Shown here piece by piece: positions 52,738 to 61,438 of a stretch of 61,485 bases of DNA. Source of the stretch: a virus; IMG/VR virus record IMGVR_UViG_3300028031_000002, positions 1-61,485 of that record; one strand, written 5' to 3'. The translations under genes and the position numbers were made by a program. The stretch's first letter is position 1. The number at the start of each line of letters is the position of its first letter. The notes under the pieces are model-generated. The model saw nothing but the letters and a program-made list of their open reading frames with translations, had not been told where the DNA came from and did not search any database.

Positions 52738-53576
52738 TAGAAACCACCTGTTTCGTCTAATTCAGCCTTAGTTGAGACTACTAAAGAACCATAATGTACT
52801 TTAGCAGTGCTTTGATTGCTCTTTATTCGATCTAAATTTAGTTTAATGAACTTTTGCGGATCACCTATTTGCTTATGGTCCCCAAGTATGTACTCATTAT
52901 ACACCGCCTCAATTTGAGACATTAACAAGCTTGTGTCACTTTCATTTATTGCAAATTCTATTGACTCTTTAACTTCCCCAGCATCCAATAATTGCAATAT
53001 TTCAGCAGTAGAAAATGGCACACATTTTACCATAGCTTTTACGTAAGCCCCTTTAAAAACGTTGTTAAGCTCTATTTTGCTACTTAATTGATTATAAATG
53101 TCATGTAAATCTAATTTACAATAACTTTCACCTTCTTGTTGTGAGGTCATAATTTCTATTTGAAACTTTAGTTGTTCTATCAATTCAATATCCTCGTTGG
53201 CGGTGTTTTTTACATCTACTGTTTTTACATGGAAACCATCCCCACGTTCTTCTATTACATACTCAAAGTTCTTTGGATTTTTATTTGCCTTTTTCAGTCT
53301 TCTGGTTGCGGAAGACTTTGCAGCTGCACTAGTTTTATATGCCTTTACTACTTCACCTAAAGTATCAATAATGGTGTTTACTGATTCTATATTAATTCTG
53401 TTTGCGGTTAATTTAGTCTTTATTGTTCTTCTAAAACCTACCTCAAAACCCGTTTTTAAGCTCATTTTAACTGTTATGCCCTCCAAGTCTACGCTAATTT
53501 GTGCTTTAGTGTAACTAATTAAGGTGGCGTTTTTATTGCCCTTATTGTTCTCTATAACTATCATCGGATTGTTCAT
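52737..53576 (-). CDS. hypothetical replication/recombination-module protein (C-terminus ...ELDETGGF)
   Basis: Start moved to the ATG at 53576 because the ATG at 53615 lies inside the -10 of promoter 53614..53641. Confidence 0.6.
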   Translation of the reverse strand: MNNPMIVIENNKGNKNATLISYTKAQISVDLEGITVKMSLKTGFEVGFRRTIKTKLTANRINIESVNTIIDTLGEVVKAYKTSAAAKSSATRRLKKANKNPKNFEYVIEERGDGFHVKTVDVKNTANEDIELIEQLKFQIEIMTSQQEGESYCKLDLHDIYNQLSSKIELNNVFKGAYVKAMVKCVPFSTAEILQLLDAGEVKESIEFAINESDTSLLMSQIEAVYNEYILGDHKQIGDPQKFIKLNLDRIKSNQSTAKVHYGSLVVSTKAELDETGGF

Positions 53577-53613
53577 AATCTTTCTCTTTTGTTGTTCTAT
53601 TAACTTGGTACCC

Positions 53614-53641
53614 ATTATACACTATTGGCTTGGGTTGTCAA
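53614..53641 (-). promoter_or_regulatory. sigma70-type promoter (TTGACA-16-TATAAT)
   Basis: On the minus strand: TTGACAacccaagccaatagtgTATAAT. The ORF-track ATG at 53615 lies inside the -10 hexamer. Confidence 0.7.
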
Positions 53642-53753
53642 CACTTAATTAATAAAAGTAGTTTTTGAAACTTTTAAAGTACCGTAATTGTCTTGTAATT
53701 CAGTACGTTGGAGATTCCCAACACAAAAAACTAAATAAATAAAACCTAATTAA

Positions 53754-53929
53754 TATAACTCATTGAGTCTAAAGGATAATAAGGCACATTTGAAGTTTTG
53801 GTTTTAATCAAAATGTTATCACAGCAAAGTGGTACTATCAAAGGGCTTTAAAAGAGCAGTTGATGGGGAAGCCCATTCTATTGACAGATACTATAATATA
53901 TAAGCACCTGTCAAAGAATCACCATTTAG
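53754..53929 (-). repeat. 176-bp intergenic element, copy R4
   Basis: Starts 1 nt after the DNA polymerase stop codon. The first block is slightly diverged (ctaaatgg). Confidence 0.85.
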
Positions 53930-53930
53930 T

Positions 53931-56204
53931 TTAGATTGCAACTTCTTTAAAAAGTTCTTCAGAAACCTTTGATGCACTTCCTTTGAACTTTGTTGAAGGC
54001 CCTTTATGGTCCTTTAATGCGCATAATATAATCTTTAAGTGATCATCACTCATTTCTTTAGTCGCTCTATATTGAATACTTTGTTCACCAAAAGATTCTT
54101 TAAAGGTCTTTAAAGACCTATCACGTTGCGATTCTGTGGCTTTGATGTGATCCTCTAACATAGTTGTGTAAGACTCTTTTGACCATACCCTACCTTCTTC
54201 TACGCTCATTTTCATGTCCATGTCTGGTAAAAACCGATCTATTCCACGGCTCATTGAATGTTTCAATACTGAATTCACGTATTCCCTATGTTCTGATTTA
54301 TATACCAAACTTAATTCATCATGAATTGATGCCCCAGCAGTTACTTTATTGATCATACCGTCATCATATAACTTTGTTACACACTCATAAATTGCCAATT
54401 TCATTGCTTCTGAGCATAAGCCCTGCATAGGACTGTTGCTGATCTTTCTCGTAGCAGCGCGGTACTGTTGCCGTTTTATGTTTTCCTTGTCTAATGACAA
54501 ATAACGACGACGACCTGATTCTAGCAGTACATATCCGTTTTGTAATCCAATTACTAAGTTGTCATATTGCATCTCACCAATGTTTGGTAGGTTTTCAAAA
54601 AACTTTTTTTGTAAGTTATCCGCATGTGATACACTGCATTCTAAGCCTTCCGCAATGGCATATGTAGATTGACCATAGATAAGACCAAAACCAATAGCTT
54701 TGGCGGCTTGTCGCTGTTCTGGTGTGACTTCATTGTATGGTACTTCCATCATCAAAGAAGCTACAAATTTATGTGCATCCAACCCTTCATTCATTGCTCT
54801 AATCATTTCTTTTTCGCCAGATAACTGGAACATTAACCACATTTCAACCGCCGTATAGTCGCATGTAGAAATACCAAAGCCTTGAGGCACCTTAAATGCT
54901 TTTCTCCATTCTTTCTTTTGATTCTGTAGGTTTATCTTGGTTTTACTATCACCAGTAGAACTGAATCTGCCTGTAACCGCACCATTTATGCGATAATTAC
55001 TGGATAGCATCATTAAAGTTTCACCTTTTATGCCACATAACGCGCTTGCATTTTCGTACTGTTTCCTATTTTCTATGGGCGTATTATAGATGTCGAGTAA
55101 TTCAATTTTCGTATTTAGAGAATAATTGTTATCATCTAGTGGTGACGGTATAGCTTTTCCTAAGTTTGGCAAACTCTTATTACTTAAAGTAGCCTTAAAG
55201 TCTAGTAATAATTGTGCATCATCACTGGCTTTACCGCTGTTCTTCTTAGCTAAAAATGTTAGTGTTGCTTTATCAGAACTTTCCAATTTAATGTCGTAGG
55301 TGGTCTTAAAATGTTCTTTAATTTGCTTCGATGAATTAGCGTTAATGTCTCTTAGAGGACTCATTGCGTAATGTACCGCACATTTAACATGGTCATTAGC
55401 CTCAGTCTCTAAGATTCTATTGTACTCGCTTCTTGAAAAGGGTAATCCGCCCCGCTCTAAAAATGCTACTCCTACCGCTGCATAGTTGTCCATTTGCCAC
55501 GCATCCAAAGAGTCTATTGATGCCAATTTATTATATACTTGAAAATATATTGGTGCCATAACTTGCACATCAAGCGCGGCATATCCTAACTGGCTCTCTG
55601 TCAACTCCCCCTGCATTGCCTCAATTGTTCCAAATGATAGTTGTTCCTCTTTTTGTAGGACATATTCTATATATCTTGATGCACTTTTTGCCAATGATGG
55701 GTAGGTAGATTCTCCATTCTCTTGTGCCAATTTAGCCCCTAACATAAGGCAGTGTGTGTTCTTTGGCAATAACTCAAATGATAATAACATTCTAATATCA
55801 AATGATGCGTTATAAAAGACTTTTACAATATTCTCATCCTCAAATATTTCCTTTACCACTTCCAGCATCTTATCTAATGATTTAGCCTGCACTATCTTAG
55901 GTATGTTTAATATGAAAGTATAATGACCGTCAAAGAACTGAATTAACGTAATTGCAGAGTTAATTTTAGTTACTTCTCCAGTAGACTCTTTCGTAGTACT
56001 ATAAGTGGTGTAATGATCTAACCCTAATGTTTCGGTATCTACAGCCAACCAACACGGTTTATTATTTGGTTTTGACCAAAAACTCTTTAGCTTCGATAGC
56101 TCTTTATAAGTTGATATGATCACAGGCTTAGCTTGATCATCAGCTATAAACTTAGTGACTTTCATAGACTTTTGAAGTGCTTGGTTGTTTGTTATTCTCA
56201 TCAT
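53931..56204 (-). CDS. DNA polymerase, family A, with a 3'-5' exonuclease domain
   Basis: Exonuclease motifs VDTETLGL, NASFDIRML and YAALDV. Polymerase motifs DYTAVEMW (A), RQAAKAIGFGLIYG (B) and SIHDE (C). Confidence 0.95.
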   Translation of the reverse strand: MMRITNNQALQKSMKVTKFIADDQAKPVIISTYKELSKLKSFWSKPNNKPCWLAVDTETLGLDHYTTYSTTKESTGEVTKINSAITLIQFFDGHYTFILNIPKIVQAKSLDKMLEVVKEIFEDENIVKVFYNASFDIRMLLSFELLPKNTHCLMLGAKLAQENGESTYPSLAKSASRYIEYVLQKEEQLSFGTIEAMQGELTESQLGYAALDVQVMAPIYFQVYNKLASIDSLDAWQMDNYAAVGVAFLERGGLPFSRSEYNRILETEANDHVKCAVHYAMSPLRDINANSSKQIKEHFKTTYDIKLESSDKATLTFLAKKNSGKASDDAQLLLDFKATLSNKSLPNLGKAIPSPLDDNNYSLNTKIELLDIYNTPIENRKQYENASALCGIKGETLMMLSSNYRINGAVTGRFSSTGDSKTKINLQNQKKEWRKAFKVPQGFGISTCDYTAVEMWLMFQLSGEKEMIRAMNEGLDAHKFVASLMMEVPYNEVTPEQRQAAKAIGFGLIYGQSTYAIAEGLECSVSHADNLQKKFFENLPNIGEMQYDNLVIGLQNGYVLLESGRRRYLSLDKENIKRQQYRAATRKISNSPMQGLCSEAMKLAIYECVTKLYDDGMINKVTAGASIHDELSLVYKSEHREYVNSVLKHSMSRGIDRFLPDMDMKMSVEEGRVWSKESYTTMLEDHIKATESQRDRSLKTFKESFGEQSIQYRATKEMSDDHLKIILCALKDHKGPSTKFKGSASKVSEELFKEVAI

Positions 56205-56234
56205 TGTTCCAGTTATGTTTAATATTTAGCCCTC

Positions 56235-56263
56235 AGTATACACACCATGAGCATTATTGTCAA
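56235..56263 (-). promoter_or_regulatory. sigma70-type promoter (TTGACA-17-TATACT)
   Basis: On the minus strand: TTGACAataatgctcatggtgtgTATACT, 31 nt upstream of the polymerase ATG. Confidence 0.65.
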
Positions 56264-56362
56264 ACAATTTAAAAAGAAATTTAAAAGTTATCTTAATTGT
56301 CTTATATTTCAATACTTTGGAAGTTTCCAATGTAAAAAATAAACTTAAAAAAGTACAAATAA

Positions 56363-56538
56363 CGTAACTCATTGAGTCTAAAGGACAAAAAGGCACTTTT
56401 GAAGTTTTGGTTTTATCAAAGCTTTAGCGACAGCAGAATGGTACTATCAAAGGGCTTTAAAAGCTATGTTTGTGAGTATGCCCATTCTACTGACAAAGAC
56501 TATAATATATAAGCACCTGTCAAAGAATTACCATCTAG
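56363..56538 (-). repeat. 176-bp intergenic element, copy R5
   Basis: Lies between terminator 56540..56589 and promoter 56235..56263 of the polymerase gene. Confidence 0.9.
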
Positions 56539-56539
56539 C

Positions 56540-56589
56540 AAAAAAAAAGCCACTATCCGCGCATTGATAATGCTTAGATGGTGGCTTTG
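56540..56589 (-). terminator. intrinsic terminator
   Basis: On the minus strand: agccaccatc...gatagtggct followed by T9, 10 nt after the stop of 56600..57436. Confidence 0.75.
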
Positions 56590-56599
56590 ATTGTAACTT

Positions 56600-57436
56600 T
56601 TATAATATTGTTTCCATTATCATGTTCAATTTTTTATTTCCTAAAGCAATATTTAAGGGATACGCATATCCACACTGCTTTGCATAGTTTCCTACTAAAA
56701 ATATTGGTGTCTTTAATGGAGTATATCCACACACGCTCATTAAATTCAAATATTTCGCAACTTGAAAATCATAATTTAGCTTTGCTATTACCGCAGGTAC
56801 GCCTTGTTCTCTAAACACTTTGGCACTAGTTTTAATTTCTAGCAGTAAATGTTTTCCGTTCTGTAAACAAACTATAGCATCAGCTTCACCAGTCAGCAAA
56901 AAAGAGCCTTTTGAGGTTTCTTTTTCATGCTCCATTACTACATTATATTTAATGGTTTTACCACTTAATACACCACCCCAATCATAATGCCCCAATAAGT
57001 CGCTAAATGGTGCTTTAGTGCGTATGTTATGTATCTTATCTACGGTATCTTTTATTTTACCTAAAATGGTCTCAGATACTGGCATTGCATTTAGCCCTAT
57101 TTCTTCGCATCTCATGCGCAGTTCAGTTTGTGCAACTTTACCAAGCCTATTTTTGTACACCACCATGTTCTCAGGCTGCTCTTGGAAGGTCAAGATATTT
57201 TCAAACAACTTGCCGTGCAATAAAAACGGTCGTTTAACTAATGTGTTATATGGTGTGTCATCTACATAGGTAGTGTTTCCAGCACTTTTTAATGCCTCTC
57301 TAACTTCAACATCAGCGATTTCGCCTAAGCGGTCCGTAAGCCTTTGATTTATTGTACCAGTACCAAAATTTAAATTTAGTAAATCAGCTAATGTCTTTTT
57401 AACAATGCTTGTACTTATTCGTGTTGTTGCGCTCAT
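56600..57436 (-). CDS. PD-(D/E)XK exonuclease (YqaJ/RecB-like)
   Basis: LTGEADAIV...(10 aa)...LLEIKTS core. AAGGA RBS and a terminator downstream. Confidence 0.6.
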   Translation of the reverse strand: MSATTRISTSIVKKTLADLLNLNFGTGTINQRLTDRLGEIADVEVREALKSAGNTTYVDDTPYNTLVKRPFLLHGKLFENILTFQEQPENMVVYKNRLGKVAQTELRMRCEEIGLNAMPVSETILGKIKDTVDKIHNIRTKAPFSDLLGHYDWGGVLSGKTIKYNVVMEHEKETSKGSFLLTGEADAIVCLQNGKHLLLEIKTSAKVFREQGVPAVIAKLNYDFQVAKYLNLMSVCGYTPLKTPIFLVGNYAKQCGYAYPLNIALGNKKLNMIMETIL

Positions 57437-57705
57437 TATAGTTTCCTTAATTGTATTTTGTAAATTGGTTTTATTAATTGACCATTTTCTGCCAATCGTC
57501 TTTTAAAATTTGCATTTAATGTTACCACCCAAAGATACCCAATATTGTTTTTAAATAAAAGTGCATTTTGAGACTCTATTAAAGACATTATCAAAGGCTC
57601 TATTGTAAGCACTGAAATAGTTTGATTTGTGGCTTTATTTGCCCTTTGGGTGGCATATACTAACTTCTTTATTATTGTGGTTTGATCCACTAATATATAT
57701 TTCAT
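57436..57705 (-). CDS. hypothetical protein
   Basis: 89-aa ORF whose stop overlaps the next start. Confidence 0.5.
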   Translation of the reverse strand: MKYILVDQTTIIKKLVYATQRANKATNQTISVLTIEPLIMSLIESQNALLFKNNIGYLWVVTLNANFKRRLAENGQLIKPIYKIQLRKL

Positions 57706-57786
57706 AAAAAGGTCATTATAGACTTATAAATGTTATATATTCCGTATACAAGTACTAATATAGTCAATGTAATTGTGCTTAATGTT

Positions 57787-58158
57787 TCAAGATGTTGCAT
57801 AACAGTCTCTCATATAATCAGAGATACAAAAATACCCTGTTTTAGTGTAAAACATATCAATTTCGGCTTCATTTCGATCATCTACGGTAACACTATTAAA
57901 GCACAAATAATCCACTACTTGCTCAGAAGTGATTAATTTATCTTTATTCTTTAACTCTTTTGCGGTGAAACACCCTGCTATAGACTCATATAGCGCAGTA
58001 CGAGTATTGCCAAAATCCGCTATAATATGCTCATCTAGTTCTAAACCATAACTAGATAATAGTTTGCCATTATGTTTTCTTTTGTATCTAACAATATTAA
58101 AACCTAATATGTTACTTAAAGTAGCAATATTTAGCTTTTTAAGTTCTGTTAAAGTCAT
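57787..58158 (-). CDS. hypothetical protein
   Basis: 123-aa ORF with an AAGGG RBS. Confidence 0.55.
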   Translation of the reverse strand: MTLTELKKLNIATLSNILGFNIVRYKRKHNGKLLSSYGLELDEHIIADFGNTRTALYESIAGCFTAKELKNKDKLITSEQVVDYLCFNSVTVDDRNEAEIDMFYTKTGYFCISDYMRDCYATS

Positions 58159-58242
58159 TATATGCCCTTTTTTAGAAACTCTTGAGTGAGTTTCTTTATG
58201 TACACATTATACCATAGTTTTTATTAAATTGCTATCTTTTAT

Positions 58243-58935
58243 TTAGTTTTCGTTCACATACATAACAAATAAAAGCAACTTCTTAATGTAAGCCAAAGTG
58301 TACTTTTTACGTACTAAAAACAATTGTGAGGCAACCATACCAATTCTAAAATGCCTTGTTACAATGCGCCATAAATCAAGTTGCCGTACTATATCAAGAG
58401 TTTTTGCTTTATTTATAACCATTGAATGGAACGCATCAATAGTTATTGGTATAGTGAATACATTATCAAGATCAGCTGCTGGTTGTGTAAGTACATTTAA
58501 GTCTATTATTTTATTTATTTTTTGATCATATATGTCACTTTCTTTGCTCTTATATATTGATGCGTACAAAGTGTTGTAATTACCTCTATTAAAACTTTTA
58601 TATGCACTTAACGCGCTCAATATTGCCGCTACTAGCTCCAATTCATCGCAACAACTATATAAATGAACTCTTAGAAGTGCCGCGAATTGGTCACTATCGC
58701 CTGCTTTTGCACACATTGTACCTATATTATATGCTTTATCGTCAGTTGCCAGCGTCGGTATAGTAGATAATGTCGTTATTATTAGCCCTAAACTAAATAG
58801 TCTTTGTCCACCCCGCGCCGCTAATATATTGCTCTCACGATTTGATGTAAACACTTTTGGAATAAAAACAACTTTCCCGTCTTCTGAAACCAAATTTAGT
58901 GCTATTTTTGCTTCTGTATCATTTTTATATAACAT
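58243..58935 (-). CDS. hypothetical protein
   Basis: 230-aa ORF downstream of the R6 module. Confidence 0.6.
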   Translation of the reverse strand: MLYKNDTEAKIALNLVSEDGKVVFIPKVFTSNRESNILAARGGQRLFSLGLIITTLSTIPTLATDDKAYNIGTMCAKAGDSDQFAALLRVHLYSCCDELELVAAILSALSAYKSFNRGNYNTLYASIYKSKESDIYDQKINKIIDLNVLTQPAADLDNVFTIPITIDAFHSMVINKAKTLDIVRQLDLWRIVTRHFRIGMVASQLFLVRKKYTLAYIKKLLLFVMYVNEN

Positions 58936-59017
58936 TTTTAAATTTCCAATTTAGTTAATTAAATCAACACTTTACAAAGTTCCATTTAAAAAATGAGAAC
59001 AAATAAAGTGCTAAAGT

Positions 59018-59204
59018 TGTAACTCATTGAGTCTAAAGGCTAAAAAGGCACTTTTGAAGTTTTGGTTTTATCAAAAGTTTATTGACAGCAGAATGGTACT
59101 ATCAAAGGGCTAGGCAATAGCGCGGTTGAGGCAATTTGTGTGAATGCCCATTCTACTGACAAAGACTATAATATATAAGCATCCGTCAAAGAATCACCAT
59201 CTAT
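59018..59204 (-). repeat. 176-bp intergenic element, copy R6 (long-loop subfamily)
   Basis: Its core resembles F7. The downstream extension at 58960..59017 resembles that of F6. Confidence 0.9.
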
Positions 59205-59244
59205 TAAAGACCACTGAAGTGCAGCACAATGGTCAATATCCTCT

Positions 59245-59382
59245 TTATTTGCTTTTTGTAGGCTTAATTTTCTTTGATTGTGATTCTCTAAATGAAGCGT
59301 TGGCACTCTCAAGCAATACTATTGGTGCCAATATGGTTATGGCAATAGTAGATAATATAAGTATTTTTAGTGTGTTTTTCAT
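59245..59382 (-). CDS. small signal-peptide/membrane peptide (45 aa, below the track cutoff)
   Basis: MKNTLKILILSTIAITILAPIVLLESANA then a K-rich tail. Lies 12 nt after the 4-TM protein gene. Confidence 0.35.
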   Translation of the reverse strand: MKNTLKILILSTIAITILAPIVLLESANASFRESQSKKIKPTKSK

Positions 59383-59394
59383 GTGAAATTCCGG

Positions 59395-59811
59395 TTATTT
59401 ATAAATGTAATTTAAGGAAATGTAAGAACCCAATAAAGACACCATAGCTTGCAACGCTATTGCCGTTGTTATAGCCAATATTAGTTGATTTATACCAATT
59501 AATGCGCTCAATAAGATGCCTAAACATAAGGCAGTAAGCACGCTTATAAACAGAAATGGCATTATTGAGTGTTGAGCTAATTTATTTAAGGCAATAATGG
59601 AGACCATAAACATCAAAAGCGCACCAACTAAATACAATGCAAGTGCTGAATCCGCTCCAATTGTCTCAAAACTAATTAAACCCATAGTTTCTAATGTAAA
59701 AAATGCACTATTATAAAGTGTCAAATTGATTACCGTATATATTGTAATATAACAAAGGGCTTTTAAGTTGTGCATAATAATCTCATAAAAGTACCAAAAT
59801 TGGTACACCAT
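59395..59811 (-). CDS. integral membrane protein (about 4 TM segments)
   Basis: Four long hydrophobic stretches. The first ATG lies inside hairpin 59806..59843. An alternative ATG is at 59775. Confidence 0.55.
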   Translation of the reverse strand: MVYQFWYFYEIIMHNLKALCYITIYTVINLTLYNSAFFTLETMGLISFETIGADSALALYLVGALLMFMVSIIALNKLAQHSIMPFLFISVLTALCLGILLSALIGINQLILAITTAIALQAMVSLLGSYISLNYIYK

Positions 59812-59843
59812 TGCACTATAAAAGAGTCTTTAGTGCAATAGTG
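59806..59843 (-). other. 13-bp stem hairpin that includes the ATG at 59809..59811
   Basis: On the minus strand: cactattgcacta-aagactctttta-tagtgcaatggtg (one G-U). The 3' arm contains the first ATG of CDS 59395..59811. Confidence 0.6.
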
Positions 59844-59855
59844 TACTAACTTCCG

Positions 59856-61229
59856 CTAGTTTTTAGCTAACTTCAACAACGAACTTTTAAAGCTGGCGGT
59901 AATGCCCCAACCTCTGTTGCGTTTTGATGTTACATTAAATTTTGCCATTATTGCTTTTAAGTATTTCGCATTAATGGCAAATTCAAGTGAAGTAATTAGA
60001 TTATTTTCCTTAATATGTACTTTAATAAGTTTTTTAATTGCACGATCATTTAAAAGGCACTTTAAAAGTATTTGATTAAGTACACCTGTATTTAGTACCT
60101 CATACCGTTTTGCTCTAATGATGGCTCGTGCCACTATCTTAGCCTCAGCACTTAAATTGACTATATTGTTTTCATTAGTGCCAATAGAGTTACTAAAAGC
60201 ACCAAAAGTGCCTTTATTGTCTTTATTGTCTTCAAATCTTTCGTTTTTCATCAAATAAGATTTAATTGCAACTGCAACAAACTTTCTAAGATCATTTTTA
60301 GCAATTCGTGTAACTCTAATATCATTCTTTGACTTTGGTATAAATAAAATAAAGATAATACCTAAAAACTCAATCAAAAAGCCAAATACAATTACAACAA
60401 CAAATGGTAAAAGAACTACAATTGCGCTTTTAGGACTCTTTGGAGGTTGCGCTAAAAGCGCGTTTAAGGTCTTAACTTGGGCATCAGGTGACTCATATGA
60501 ACGTAAGTGATCTAATTTAGTCTTACTGGACTCTTTATTGTCTCTTGCTGTTACATAAGATGGACAATAACGGCGTGTGAACTTACCATTTATTTTAGCA
60601 CAAATTGGTGAACCAAGCATTGATCCAATTATAATCCTCTTACCGTTTTTCCAAGTGGTTCTATTGACTATTTTATCCATTTTATTTTGATAATAAAGTA
60701 CATTCGCTTCTGCCGCTAAAACCTCATCTTTTGATGGCTTCATGCCACGTGAGTCACTAATAGAGGCTGTTAAAGTCTTTATTTGTAGCTCGTATGCTTG
60801 TAATTCTCTTTCGTATTGAGTACCATCAACTGCGGCTTTATTTGCATTACCTTGATTCACAATAGTGAACGCATAAATTGCCATACCAGTAAATATCACC
60901 ATGGCAGAAAGTGCCATTAAATCTATTTTTTCCTTATTTTGTACTTGAATAGCCACTATCATTGCTGCATATGTCTTTGCAACATCCATTAGCATGAAAA
61001 TAACACTAATTTGCCATCCAAACCCTAATATTTGTGCATAGTTATAATTGACACTTACCGAATACACCAAGAGAAATACTGAAACTATTGCAGGCATATA
61101 ACGAATTATATCTGCCTTGGCTTCCATCGTTAGCTTCTCGTACTCGGTAAGCTTTTGGCTACTCATACCATTCAAAATCCTTTTTTGTAATTTATAACCT
61201 GTATAAGCCTGTAAATCTTTAGTTTTCAT
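59856..61229 (-). CDS. large membrane protein with a central coiled-coil/soluble region
   Basis: 457 aa, with 3-4 N-terminal TM segments, one TM near residue 280 and a basic C-terminal domain. Confidence 0.65.
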   Translation of the reverse strand: MKTKDLQAYTGYKLQKRILNGMSSQKLTEYEKLTMEAKADIIRYMPAIVSVFLLVYSVSVNYNYAQILGFGWQISVIFMLMDVAKTYAAMIVAIQVQNKEKIDLMALSAMVIFTGMAIYAFTIVNQGNANKAAVDGTQYERELQAYELQIKTLTASISDSRGMKPSKDEVLAAEANVLYYQNKMDKIVNRTTWKNGKRIIIGSMLGSPICAKINGKFTRRYCPSYVTARDNKESSKTKLDHLRSYESPDAQVKTLNALLAQPPKSPKSAIVVLLPFVVVIVFGFLIEFLGIIFILFIPKSKNDIRVTRIAKNDLRKFVAVAIKSYLMKNERFEDNKDNKGTFGAFSNSIGTNENNIVNLSAEAKIVARAIIRAKRYEVLNTGVLNQILLKCLLNDRAIKKLIKVHIKENNLITSLEFAINAKYLKAIMAKFNVTSKRNRGWGITASFKSSLLKLAKN

Positions 61230-61438
61230 ATAAAAGACACCGTTAAGATTTTTGAAGTCATGGTATTGGACTTTATAGCATTTATTAAATCCTCTGAAAA
61301 TCTCTCGCAGGTTAGAAACTTATCTGAGCTAAAAGATGCCATTTCTGCACTTTTAAAGGTTATTTCTAACCGCCCTTCTTTGATGCTATAGCCGGTTATA
61401 ACACGCTCTAAAAGAGACATTAATGTAGTAGTTTGCAT
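61226..61438 (-). CDS. hypothetical protein
   Basis: 70-aa ORF with an AGGA RBS and an ATGA overlap to the next gene. Its 5' end lies in the terminal overlap. Confidence 0.55.
   Translation of the reverse strand: MQTTTLMSLLERVITGYSIKEGRLEITFKSAEMASFSSDKFLTCERFSEDLINAIKSNTMTSKILTVSFI

Noticed and set aside
1907-59204. The dispersed 176-bp repeats considered as a CRISPR array or as tRNA/tmRNA-like genes
   Set aside because: The copies are dispersed over the whole genome on both strands, are far longer than CRISPR repeats and have no regular spacers. No cloverleaf, T-loop (GGTTCGAATCC-like) or acceptor-stem features were seen. No tRNA was recognised anywhere in the window.
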